In this document: in pieces, positions 23,601-35,640 of the stretch | How positions within the stretch are numbered: the first letter of the stretch is position 1 | Layout: each line of letters starts with the position of its first letter | Assembly: GCF_033153115.1 (NCBI RefSeq) | Contig: NW_026889813.1 | Span: 3,472,001-3,536,000 of the forward strand | Length of the DNA: 64,000 nucleotides | Direction: 5' to 3' | Source: Saccostrea echinata | Taxonomy: Eukaryota | Notes under the pieces: generated by a model | Databases searched by the model: none | What the model was told of the DNA's origin: nothing | What the model saw: the letters and a program-made list of their open reading frames with translations, nothing else | Position numbers and translations under genes: made by a program

Positions 23601-26600
23601 AAATTTCCCGTTTTTAACTTTTAGGATGTTATCGGAAATGCGGTTGAATGGTTCACTTTGTTATCGGAAATTTCGGTTTTTGTTATCGGAAACAAAGGTT
23701 GTCATAGATTAGGAAAATGTAAAGAAACAACAGAAAAACTTCATTAAATCTAAATATTTAAAATTGCAGGCACACAAGTTGAATTTTTTGGCTATCATTT
23801 GTCTCTTTTTAGAATATGTAACTTTAAAAAAATGAGTGTTTTTGGCATTTCTCATAATCACTGAAATGTGTGTGATCTTAACCTGTTCGAAAATTTGGTA
23901 TAAGTTTTAAAACCTTAGAATTATACATCTCTATTGTAACCAAAATACAGATTCCAGATTTAATTATTGCGATTTTTACGTTGCATTATTCGCAATATAA
24001 AAGACTCGAAATAATTGCTGAATTCACAGTAATTTATTCTTAGTTTTCTGTGCTTGAATTCAGTTACGCGCTGTTCTTCGTTTTTATCTTTGTTTTGCTC
24101 AATGCTTCGTCTTTATTTGTTGACTTTGCATTTTTGATCTACCCTTAACCGCCTTTTGTTAGTACAAAGTACATACATGTTTTAGTTTGGTATAAAGCAA
24201 TTAAAGAATCTATACTCAAGGGTGGTTTAATGAATTTCCCAAAAGGGTGTTAAGCCAAATATGACCTAGAATTCTAACTTTTGAGGAAAAAAAAGAGATT
24301 GACTTTACTAGTTTTCAAAAAGCGTTACTGATGGAAGGAAATTATGAAGATAACGAACAGTAATAAAGCTCAAAAGTCCACTGAAACAATACACATTTGG
24401 AACAGAGAAAACACGGACCTCTAAAAACATCAGAGGTTGGTTCAGTGGCCAAGAAGGAATAAACACCCCCTGTCGATCGGTCACACCCACAGTGTGCTCT
24501 GTATCATTATCGGCCAAATGGAAAACCCGTAGATAATTCGATGTGTAGGTGGAGCTCATGCTTGGAAAGGGGGGTTGGGGGTTGGGAAGGTTCGAACCTC
24601 ACCTGGAATTTGCAGAGTTATTGAACTTTTATACTCAAGCAAATAAAAAAAAACCTTGGCATCTCCCCCCCCCCCCTTCATTGAAAACGCGGATCACTGT
24701 TTGTAGAAAAAGTTAAACATATGAATCGACCAGCCCCCCCCCCCCCCCCCCCCCCCCGCAAAAAAAAAGTGATGTTCATGTTTTAAGGAAAATTTTTTTA
24801 ATTTAATTTATAAGGAAATATTTCTTTGCGATATGTTCCTCATTCTTTTTCCTCTATTTCAAACCTTAAAATCAAACAGTTTGACACAAACAATGCTATC
24901 GCTCCATATTGGACATAAAAACATTTAGCCTCCTATGCTCATTTGGGCACTAAATGACTTACTGTAGATTGGCAAATAATCACGATGATTTTAATTTCAC
25001 TATGTTCACGATTCATCATTTTTCCACGAAGTTAAAACCATCATGAATGCTATCATTAGTTTTTAAAATCGTTTAAATGCTTATACGAAATTTAAATTAA
25101 TTTCTTGCAGCGTGAAATTAAAATCATGGCAATTGGTACTTTTTGAAAAATCGTGAAATTTTAACCTAAGGCTTGTGGAATTTAAACGACCTACAGTCTT
25201 AGATCGGAAGATGTGACTGACTAAAGCAAATATAGATTTGTTATATACATGTAATATATATAATGTTTAGGCCATTCCAAGTTTTTTCTCTGTTTAGCGT
25301 CCACCCATCTTTCAAAAACCTACCTATCTATTCGCAAAAAACACACATGCCAAAAAATTAAAAAACAGAGTTTACAGAAATAAAAATGATATCATTCAAA
25401 AGATTTGATTTCATGAATCTATTTTTCTGATAGAAATATCTTTTGTTTTGTAAAATCAAGGTATTAAATGCTTGAAATATACATAATATGACATACTAGA
25501 GAAATATATTTAAATAACTTAACAAATTTCCAAGATTTTGACCAAAATAATCAATTTTAGGACTCCTGATTTTGTTTGTTTTTTCTGGAATGGGGTGCCA
25601 AAAATCAAGGAGGACGCTAAACATAGAAAAAACTTGGAATGGCCTTAATGGATAACAGAAAAATGATTGAACAGATAGGGAATTATATTATAAAATCATA
25701 ATTATAATAATTATTCTTATTTATATACATGTACAAGTATCAAAACAAAATAGCAATAGAAAGCTGGAAAATTTTCAAAAATTACTTAAGGTATTCAGAT
25801 CCTCAGCAGTTATGTAATTGAAAATGCTCACAAAAATATCTCTGAATTCACAAATTAATGTATATTTACCCACTGTATTTCTTCAAAGTAAATCATTATA
25901 GTTTATCAAACTACATATGGAAAATTATCAAATCTCCGATATATTCAGAAGACGAATAGAAACATCAACTATGCATTTTGTAATTGAAAACTGATCAACA
26001 AATATATTTTAAGTTTAAAAATTATAGGTATCCATGCAGGCATTTAGAGAAATTTGGATGTTTTTTTTAAATACTTCTTTGGTTTTACATGTATAGGTCT
26101 TCTATTTTCTTCCAAAATTTATATAATACATAGTGTAAAAAGCTTGTGCTATAATTGCAAGACATCACAAATCCATTCCAATTTCATATTATGCTAAAAA
26201 GCAATTGGTGTTTAAGGTTAGACTCAAGAAAATCCTATTCATCTAAAACTGTATTTATTTTTTACTTTTATAAGAAACAAATGTCAACTTTTTACAAGTC
26301 CCTTTCTAAGACTTCAAAAACCTTAAATCATATTAAGATGCATAAAATGGAAATTGTTGCATGAATAGCTTTCAATTTCAAGCTTCATGTTGAGACTTTT
26401 TCAATTAAATAATAATTTTAAGAGTTATCCTTCATGGCTGAGGATCACATATCCTTAAAACACATTACGTCTGCTATTTTCAAGGATTAACAGATTATAA
26501 ATTACTTTTTTCCCAATCTATTTCTAAAGCTGAAAGAAACTTTTTAACCTGAGTTTCCGATAACATACACCCGTAAAAACCGAATTATCCGGCAACATCA

Positions 26601-29600
26601 ACCTTGTTGACGATAACATGTTTTAACCTAACAAGACATTTTAGATGCCTGTTAACTAACCCTTAATTTGGATTTTTGATCTCAGTCTGTTTATCTACAG
26701 GTATATGATTGTCCATAGAATAAATAAACCATTTTGTTTTATAGAATAATCTGATTTTGACTTCTACAAAAGCCAAAATGTGAAGAAATATTCCTAAATT
26801 TTAATAAAATATCACTTGAAAGAGCTGTATATCTCTAGAAAGAGAGTGATTTGGTTTGTTCTTTTTGCTGCTGAAAGTATAATCATTTATCTGCCTAAGA
26901 TCACAAACTTTGTTTGCTGAAGTACGCAATTATCATTGAATTAAGAAATTTAAAATCACCTATGTTTCCTAAACTTTGCCTTCCTTGCACCGAATGTCCG
27001 ATAACAACCGAATAGCCGATAACGCGTTGAGCAGTGTGTTAAAAGGGGGCAGAGACTTGACCTTTATATATACATTTGTGTATCATATTTTAGATAGCAT
27101 TTTAATTAAATATATTGTTATTATACATGCGAAATAAAATGAAACCAAAGCAATTCTTGTGATGTCAATTCATTTTACGTACCAGTCTATATGTTTAATA
27201 CAGCTGTTCTTAGTTTTATACACTCACTACTCATTTGATTAATCAACATGTACTTGCATTAATATTTTAATCCTGTACGTTAATGGAGTCTTTATTTTTT
27301 GCTAATTTAGAATCTATTTTATCAATACCAACTCAATTTTTATTCAATCACAAACAAAAGTCCTTTAATGTCTCCAACAGTTGATAACCAACTGTGTAAG
27401 TTCAATAGATCGATACTTTGAAACCATGCATATTTCTTCATGCGTAAAATAGGTAGCACAAACACAATACACAATTACAAATAAAACTTATATGAAATAA
27501 TATTTTTAAATTAAATGGTAATTAAACATTTTTCAACATCATATGGTGTGCATTTTGTTAAGATTTACATTCAAAATATGCAAAATGTGAATGCATCAAA
27601 ATTCCCATCATAAAAAATTTTAATTGATACTGTAATAATGAGAGATGAAGTTTTACTGATTTATATAAGTTGCTGATACTTTATGATTATCAACGTTTAT
27701 ACCCTTTAATGGTCTGTAATTTTAGGGAGTGTTATCAAAGCATGGGATTTGGGAATTGCAACCATGAAAAAAGGAGAACTAGCAAAGTTCACCTGCAAAC
27801 CAAAGTATGCCTATGGAGAAACAGGGTCTTTACCAAAGATTCCAGGCAATGCTACCCTGATTTTTGAAGTGGAACTCTTCAGTTGGAAAGGTAGAAACAA
27901 TTGTTATGATTGCATGTGTCAAATTTGCAAATATTGTTTAACCTTTCGTTCTGTTGCAATTTAAAATTATATAGATTTGCAGCAGGACTGGCAAAGAAAT
28001 GGGTGACCTTTTACAATCATAGTTATTCATAGTAGGGTATCTTCCTATATATACAATAATATCTGACACAGCTAGTAACTCCTACCTCTGTCATTTAGGT
28101 GAAGATTTATCACTGAAGGCTGATGGGTCCATTATTCGACATATAACTACAAAAGGAAAAGGTTGGAAAAATCCAAATGAAGGAGCACAGGTTAAGGGTA
28201 GGTACATGTAAACCGATTCAAAAATTATATTTCTAAGTAAATTATAATCATTTAACATTCTACCTTTGAAGCAGAGAGGATTTAATTTTGATACTGAATA
28301 ACTTATAGTTTTTTGACATTGAAACCTTGGTATTTTCAAGAATTAAGGTAGATACAGTAACCAGATCTAAAAAAAAAATTGGTGTATTCTGATGATTAAG
28401 AATAAATGTTTTTTAATTATCTTCTTCAAATTACAGTACACTATGTTGGTAGACATGGAGAGAATGTATTTGAAGATCGACAGGTAGAATTTAGTATCGG
28501 GGATGGAGTCATGTCTAATGTCATAGAAGGATTAGAAATAGCTATTAAGAGAATGAAAGAGGGAGAAAAATGTCGTCTAGACATCAAATCAAGTATGGCT
28601 TATGGATCTAAAGGGAATTCGGAGCTAGGAGTACCTCCAAATGCAGACCTTGTGTATGATGTAGAACTACTAAGCTTTGAAAATGTATGTGGTCAAATAA
28701 TTATATATATTTTTCTTAATATCTGCAATGTAAGATCTGAAATCATCATAGTGGCTTACAATGAGATGCAGTCAAACCTCATTATCTCAACCTCAATTGG
28801 ACCAAAAAATGAGATATGTAAGGTTTTGAGATGTAGAAGTTAAAATACATAACGAAAAAGTGGATGGGACTTCCAACTCACTTCAGCATATCCATATAGT
28901 TGCAGAACTGTAGCGTTATGGTTTTATATTTTATTCTTTGATCATAACACTACAGATCCTGTATTGCAAATATGGTGCAATATTTTCTGCGCACGGTTGG
29001 GGAGATTTCTCCACTTTCCAGCATTGATCAATCGACTATGTTTCACTCGATCCCTAATTCTAGATATAATGTATATTTCTAACCAAACTGTATTCCTATA
29101 TTTTTTAGGTGGATAAAATATATAGGTTTGTTAAAAATTTGTCTAGAATTAGGGAGTGAAAGGTAGTTGATTGACCAATTCTGGAAAGTGGAGAAGTTCT
29201 CCCCAACCATGTGCAGAAAATCTTATAATATTTGCATTAAGGGATTTGTAGCATTATGATCAAAGAATAAAATATAAAACCATAACGCTACAGTTCTGCA
29301 GCTACATATCCATGGTATTCAAGACATTGATGTTTTTAATACTAAACTTGAAGTGTATGTGAATAAGTGAATAACATAAGTAGCCAATAAATAATATTTG
29401 TTTCTCAATGTTTTCTCTATATATAACTACAAAAGAATATTTTTATGTGTCTTATTAGGCAAAAGAGAGCTGGGAAATGGAGCCCCATGAGAAACTGGAG
29501 CAGTCTGTCATGGCTAAAACAAAGGGAACAAAATTTTTCAAGGTAAAACTTGCAATTATTGTATAAATATGGCCATATTATTTGAATATTTGTAGTCAGG

Positions 29601-31548
29601 GTTGTCAGCCAGTACCCAATTAACTTGGTACTCATCAAGGACAAATTATCAAATACCAAGATTGGTACTCAGACAAAAATGTACATTGAAATCCACAATT
29701 CTTAACCTAAAATTTTTAATATTCAATTACATGTATAATCGTGTATAATTTTATCAAAAGGAAATCAAAGTGTTTAAGAGGTGGTTACATATCAACTACA
29801 TGCACATTTAGCTATGATACAATTATGCCGTGGCAGTTGATAGACATATGCCTTAATGTTTTCAACATTGCATCTTATTTTATTTGATGAATTATTAAAT
29901 CTTAGGGACTTAACCAAAATGAAATAAACCACATTTCAGAAGCAAATGTGTACAATTGAATGCAATAACAGACTGTTCCTATTGTATATACAGGAAGGCA
30001 ACTACAAAATTGCAATGAAATACTATGATAAATGTCAGAAGAACTTGGAGTTTGAAACAACACTGAAAGGTGATGATGAAGAAAAGAGGAAAGAAATCAT
30101 TGTGCTAGCTCATCTGAACATGGCCATGTGTCAGCTGAAGATGGAGCAGTACTTTAAGGCTAGGGACCACTGTAATAAAGCTCTGGAGTTGGATGCTAAG
30201 TGTGTTAAGGCCTACTTCAGGAGGGGGCAGGTAAGCAGAATAGTACTGACAAGTTACAAGTGAAAAATTAAATATATTCATTATAAATGCAATATATTTT
30301 ATTACAAAATTTGCCTGAAGGGCAACCTGAAAGCTTAGAGATTTAATGGAAATGGCAATATTTAAAGGGTTGGGGAGGGTGAGCGCATAAGCGTACATTA
30401 TGGCAAAGAAATAATTGGCTATATATGTAAATGTAAAATGCCAAGGAAAAATAATTTGAATATCATTTCTGGGGATAATGTTCAATTTAATACTAAAAAA
30501 AAGTAAAATCCCTGTTGCCGTTTTAATCAATCAAATAAAAGTAAGAGCCATATCAACTTTGATAACGTTTTTAAAATTTCAGGCATACTTTGCTGAAAAT
30601 GATTTTGACTTAGCAAAGAAGGATTTTGAGAAGGTTTTAGAGTTAGAGCCTGACAATAAAGCTGCCAGGAACCAGGCAAAAATTTGTGAACAGAAGATCA
30701 AGCAGTTTGACAAAAAGGAGGCTCATAAATATAAGGGAATGTTCGACAAATTTGCTGCCGAGGACGCAAAAAAGGTACAGAATTTTTAATTTTACCCTTA
30801 AGTTGAACAATCTTGGCTTTCCTGCTTTAATCTTTCTTAATTCTTGACTATTGAGTAATTGCTAAACCATTTAAATGTCCTGAAGCTGCTAACTTGTGTG
30901 TGTCCTTGTTCAGTTATGTTTATATACCGGTATATACACATGCACTAGTATAAATTTGAAATGGTACATGTGTTTACTAGAATCCAATTAAAATTAGATA
31001 TTGTATCCACTCTCAACTTTTGTTACATGTATGTCACAATCCCAGGATTAGACAATGGAGTGAATCCAAGATCTAATTAGATTGGTATTTTATTAGTTAA
31101 GTTAAAGATGAAATTGTTTCAGGACTTTCTTTTACCATTTGTTTGCCATTTATGCATAATTAGTTTTGTTCTCTTTCCTCAGATGTGACAGAAAATACTC
31201 AAAACTATTTGTGTCTGTCTATGTAATGGGTGTCTTTTGGGATTTTTTAACATACAGCACCTATCTTATTTCTTATTCTGGGGGATTATTTTCAAATTTA
31301 CCCCAAAAAGAGAGAAAGAGAGATCCTGTATCAAATTAACATTTCCACTAATCCCAAGTCTGCACAAAGCCAAATCTTGACCAACCATTTTTCAGCCTCA
31401 AAATCTCTATTCTGATGGTTTTGAGGAAATTGGAGAGTGGGATAATAAAATGGCTCATGGCATGCTTCCCCTTGATCAAGAATGTGAAGCTTTTGGAGAA
31501 AAGATGCCAGAGCGATGCAGTGTGCCCCAACCCCCAGGGGACGACTGA
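20618..31548 (+). CDS. FKBP4: FKBP52/FKBP59-type peptidyl-prolyl isomerase (FK1-FK2-TPR HSP90 co-chaperone), ~461 aa
   Basis: Exons 20618-20825, 27726-27890, 28099-28197, 28437-28684, 29459-29542, 29994-30230, 30583-30774, 31396-31548. [47 protein letters not shown], a second FKBP domain, and TPRs ([20 protein letters not shown]). Confidence 0.93.
25270..25644. mobile_element. GGCC-ended MITE with TTA TSD (Harbinger/Zator-like)
   Basis: tta|ggccattccaagttttttct...agaaaaaacttggaatggcc|tta. Confidence 0.8.
25786..26458. mobile_element. TTAA-flanked non-autonomous element
   Basis: ttaaggtattcagatcctcagc...gctgaggatcacatatccttaa. Confidence 0.6.
28897..29304. mobile_element. 408-bp foldback element (TAG..CTA) with 9-10 bp TSD
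   Basis: Long near-perfect inverted arms; catatccat on both flanks; it interrupts an older MITE in FKBP4 intron 4. Confidence 0.85.
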
Positions 31549-32584
31549 TCCCATTTCCCAGGGGATATGTCCGACATTGACCAATTCTCTATGGTAAATC
31601 TGTTTCTAACATCTATCCCATACAATCTGTCCGCAGATAAATATCTTAATATGTGTGTTATAAGTTTTCGGATTACTTTCTTATAAAAAGTCATGGTTCA
31701 GGATCCCCAGTTTGAACATATTTAAGAGTATTAGGGTAATGTTTGTCATTGGAAAGATTCCTGTTGCAGTTGTTTCCTTATATGTAATATATTTCTATCA
31801 AATGTACCTCTCCTATTGATACTGCCTGTGTAGCAGATTATATCACCACAAACAAATTAAGGTTCAAGGATACCTATTACACATAGAATTTACTTTGGTG
31901 AAGAAGATATAACACAACCATAGTAGATCAACGTGTTAAAAATAATAAATTTTGATATTATTAACAATAGGAATAATATCGAGTGAAAACATGGAGATAT
32001 AATAGGTAATTTCTGAGGTTGGAAAATGTTTTCATTTGACCCACCAAATATTACATCCAGATTGTTGCAATTCTGACATTTTGATCTACATTTAATACCA
32101 AAGATATGTCAGTGGAATATTTTTTTCTTGCTCCAGTAAGATTTTCCAACATGTTTTCTTCATACTCTAAAAAATTAATGACTAAACTATGCTTTGAACA
32201 CTGTAATTAACAATACTTGTAAATATTATAATCCTTGCAAATGAAATTTACATTTTTGAGGGAATCCAGCTAATGTATTCAACTTTGACAGTCAGACTCA
32301 TTCATCTTGTGTTTTTGTGACCCAGGATGAATTTTTAAATGCATTTATTTTTAAAACTTCAGTAAAAAGTTTGAGACTAGCCCCCCTCGCTAAGCTGCCG
32401 TACATAAGAATAATATATAATCAAACTTTTTACCTACATCATAAAACTGAATATGTGAATGTGGAAAGATACATGCCAAATTGTTAAAAATTGCATTGAT
32501 GTTACTTACGAGTATAATATTTCATACATTTAAGTTAAACTATTTCTATTAAACAGAATATGATATGTGACCTATCTCTTTCAG

Positions 32585-32620
32585 ACTGACGGCGAGAAGA
32601 GTAAAAGTGAATCTAAGTAG
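32585..32620 (+). CDS. FKBP4: Alternative terminal coding exon of FKBP4 (TDGEKSKSESK*)
   Basis: Pyrimidine-rich acceptor ctctttcag, phase 0 compatible with the donor at 30774; AATAAA at ~32915. Confidence 0.55.
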   Translation, partial: TDGEKSKSESK

Positions 32621-33656
32621 AGAATTCCAAGACAAATACGTGAAGAAGGATACCTATAACAAAACCTACCACAGTGAATGCTGAAGTTAGACATATTTGT
32701 TTATTGTTCTTCTTCTGTGTTTCTTAGTGCCATTGGTTGTACAGCTGTAAATCGTGACTTTTATTATCTCATCACATCCATAGAAAAAAAAATCAACTTT
32801 ATCTCGGTGTTTACACGTTTCTTACCTATTTCATAGATGAAATGTGACAGTGCAAGTTCTATGTTACAAGTTAAAAAAAATTTGTACTTTACAATTTTTA
32901 TTTTACATCTGACAAATAAATGAAATTAAAATTAGTTCGAATTTTCAGATGCTGTTTTTGTTAAGTTTTTACACATTGTCAAATCCTATTTTGTATCGGG
33001 GAAGGTGGGTTGTTAGATCGATTTGTAATAGACAGCTTATCAGAGAATAAACACGCGCATGACATGTATGTGAAAGTATTGGTGGTGGATATGCATTTTT
33101 AAGCTAGTTTTGAAGAAAGAAAATAATTTCACATTTACCGTGGTAGCAAAAATCAAAAGTTATATTCACCTGGCAGGTTCGGTGCAGGTGAATACTGTGA
33201 AAGCAGAAATATTTGTTGGGATTAAAGGATGTATTCACTATTGCAAAAGAATTGACCTATAGGAGAGAACAATTTCCCGGAAAAAGTGACATTTAAAAAT
33301 CAATCTTTATTTGTTGTTTTCTACCGTATATATGTCTAAATTTTTCACATTCGTATTTTACAACTAAAATTTACTATTTACAACTTTAGAATAAACCTCC
33401 AAAGTTGGCCGAAACACCATTTTGTCCGTTAAAGCGTTGATTTTTGCATGAATTTTGGCCTAGAAGTCCTTCAGGGCAGGCCTGCCCCTAAATAAAATTG
33501 TGATATTTTGATAGGTTGGGATGTAAGGAATAATTCAAGATAGGATTTTTTTAGGGGCACCCCTGCCCTAGGGTCGAAATTCACAAAAAACCTACAAAAA
33601 AATAAGTAAACTTGATTTTGTCAATCTGCTTCTAATTTATACCATTCAACTCTATA

Positions 33657-33745
33657 GTCAAAATAGCTCAGTTGATATATGAGCTGACCATTATATCGTG
33701 GATATATTCTTTTTAAAGTCGGGGGTTCGAATCCACCTGGTGCCA
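33657..33745 (+). repeat. Degenerate tRNA-derived Pol III head inside a repeat
   Basis: A-box-like tagctcagttg and B box ggttcgaatcc; no proper cloverleaf. Confidence 0.4.
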
Positions 33746-35177
33746 CACTTTTATAGTTTTAAATTTTCGTCTTTTCAAAGACTATTTTAAATTTTTTATA
33801 GGCTTGTTTATTTTCCTTCAATTATCTATCCTTTATGCATTCTCATTCTTGATATAAGAAACACTAGAGAGAGATCAAATCGTAACAATCCAATGCACAG
33901 TTGTCAGTCAGGCGGAACAAATCTCAGTACATTTATAAGCACACTTTCTCCGAGGACAAGAATAACTCACTCTGTGTTACTCGCTACAGGTATTCTCGGC
34001 AGCATTGAGCTGCGATGAATTTCAATTGTATATATTCCTTAGAAATTAATCACATTGCTTGTATTCTGTCTGCATGTGCTACTAGTGCTTGTCTGGGTTA
34101 CATGTAGTATGTTACGTATTGCTTGAATTTTTTGAGCTTAATACATGTATATTTAGAATAACATACATGTACTTTTGTTTTTCGTCAATGTTCTAAGACC
34201 TTAAGTTCTGAAAAATTAGGGCTTCATATATCAGTAACTGTACTCCCTTGGATTTCATTTAGGCCTATATAATTTGCACACATTAATGGCATGTTTTTAT
34301 TATATCCAACGGAAATGTGTTGTAAAATAAATAGCCTAGACATAAAGAATAGAATTCCAGAGACAGTAGACATTACCATTATGTACAATGAGAAGTAAAG
34401 AAAAATATCAATTATTACATTTGGAGATAACAAACTCAGAATATCAATGAAAGTTTTCCTCCTACCTCTACTCACTGAAATAAAGATTTATGAAAAACAA
34501 ATTTTTACATGTATTCAGCCTAATGTCATTAATCGGAACGGAAATCGACAAGCTTTTTGCAGAGAAAAAAAACCAAGCCCGGCCCTATAGGTCAGATCCC
34601 TATTTATATAGAAGTGAACCTTTCATTTATTTCGTGGTTAACAATTTACAACGAAAAAAAATTCAAAAAGAAATTTTTATTTGGCTCTTTAAACAAATTA
34701 AATCCCCATGAAATCATTTGAATTCATAAATCTTCGAAATTTTTTCTCCACAAAAATTTGTGCTTAGAACTACAGTAGCCAGGGTATTTGTGATTTCTAG
34801 GATGTTGAGATTCAGCCAATCAGAGAGCTATAGGAATCGTAAGAAGAAATAAGTATTTGCATACACGTATCATGGTATTATCACAGAGGTCATATCAGCT
34901 ATGTAAAAAAATCGATTTTTTACGACAATCCATCACATAAATATTGGTCATAGCAATGGGTTTTTGTTCTTTGTTCAAATGACTGCCCAGTCTTAGGAGA
35001 TTTCCACTAGCTATTAGTATACCTCTATTAAGAATACTCAATTTTGATTGGCTTGTTAGAAGGCTTTTAAACTCAATAATGACTCCAAAAAGTACCATTT
35101 ACAGCAATAATGACCTAGGAATCATTGCACGTGGGGTATAATGTATGAGGCGCCGTTTTGGTATTTACTGCCAAAAA

Positions 35178-35640
35178 GTGATATCACCTATTCGAATAGG
35201 TGATATCACCTATTCAATTGGTGATATCACCTATTCGAATAAGTGATATCACCTATTCAGCTTCTGAATAGGTGATATCACCTATTCGAATAGGTGATAT
35301 CACCTATTCGAATAAGTGATATCACCTATTCGAATAGGTGATATCACCTATTCAATTTGAATGAGTGATATCACCTATTCGAATAGGTGATATCACCTAT
35401 TCGAATAGGTGATATCACCTATTCGAATAGGTGATATCACTTATTCGAATAGGTGATATCACTTATTCCTTTTGAATAGGTGATATCACTTATTCGAATA
35501 GGTGATATCACCTATTCAAATCAAATAGGTGATATCACCTATTCGAATAGGTGATATCACTTATTCGAATAGGTGATATCACTTAATCATTTTGAATAGG
35601 TGATATCACTTATTCCAATAGGTGATATCACCTATTCAAA
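35178..35640. repeat. Tandem array of the 22-bp double palindrome GGTGATATCACC-TATTCGAATA (left TIR)
   Basis: About 20 units, with occasional short insertions at the TTCGAA centre. Confidence 0.95.

Larger units (their letters stand above)
23238..27038. mobile_element. 3.8-kb non-autonomous TIR element with CAC..GTG termini and nested insertions
   Basis: ~50-bp TIRs cacactgctcaacgcgtta(t/c)ggctattc..; ttaaaa on both flanks; no ORF. Confidence 0.8.

Noticed and set aside
23238-27038. RAG-like (ProtoRAG) transposon
   Set aside because: Only the CAC terminus is similar. There is no nonamer, no RAG1/2-like coding remnant, and the TSD is not 5 bp.
35178-35640. CRISPR-like array of palindromic repeats (also 44207-44572)
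   Set aside because: The units abut with no unique spacers, there are no cas genes, the context is eukaryotic, and the arrays are part of TIRs.
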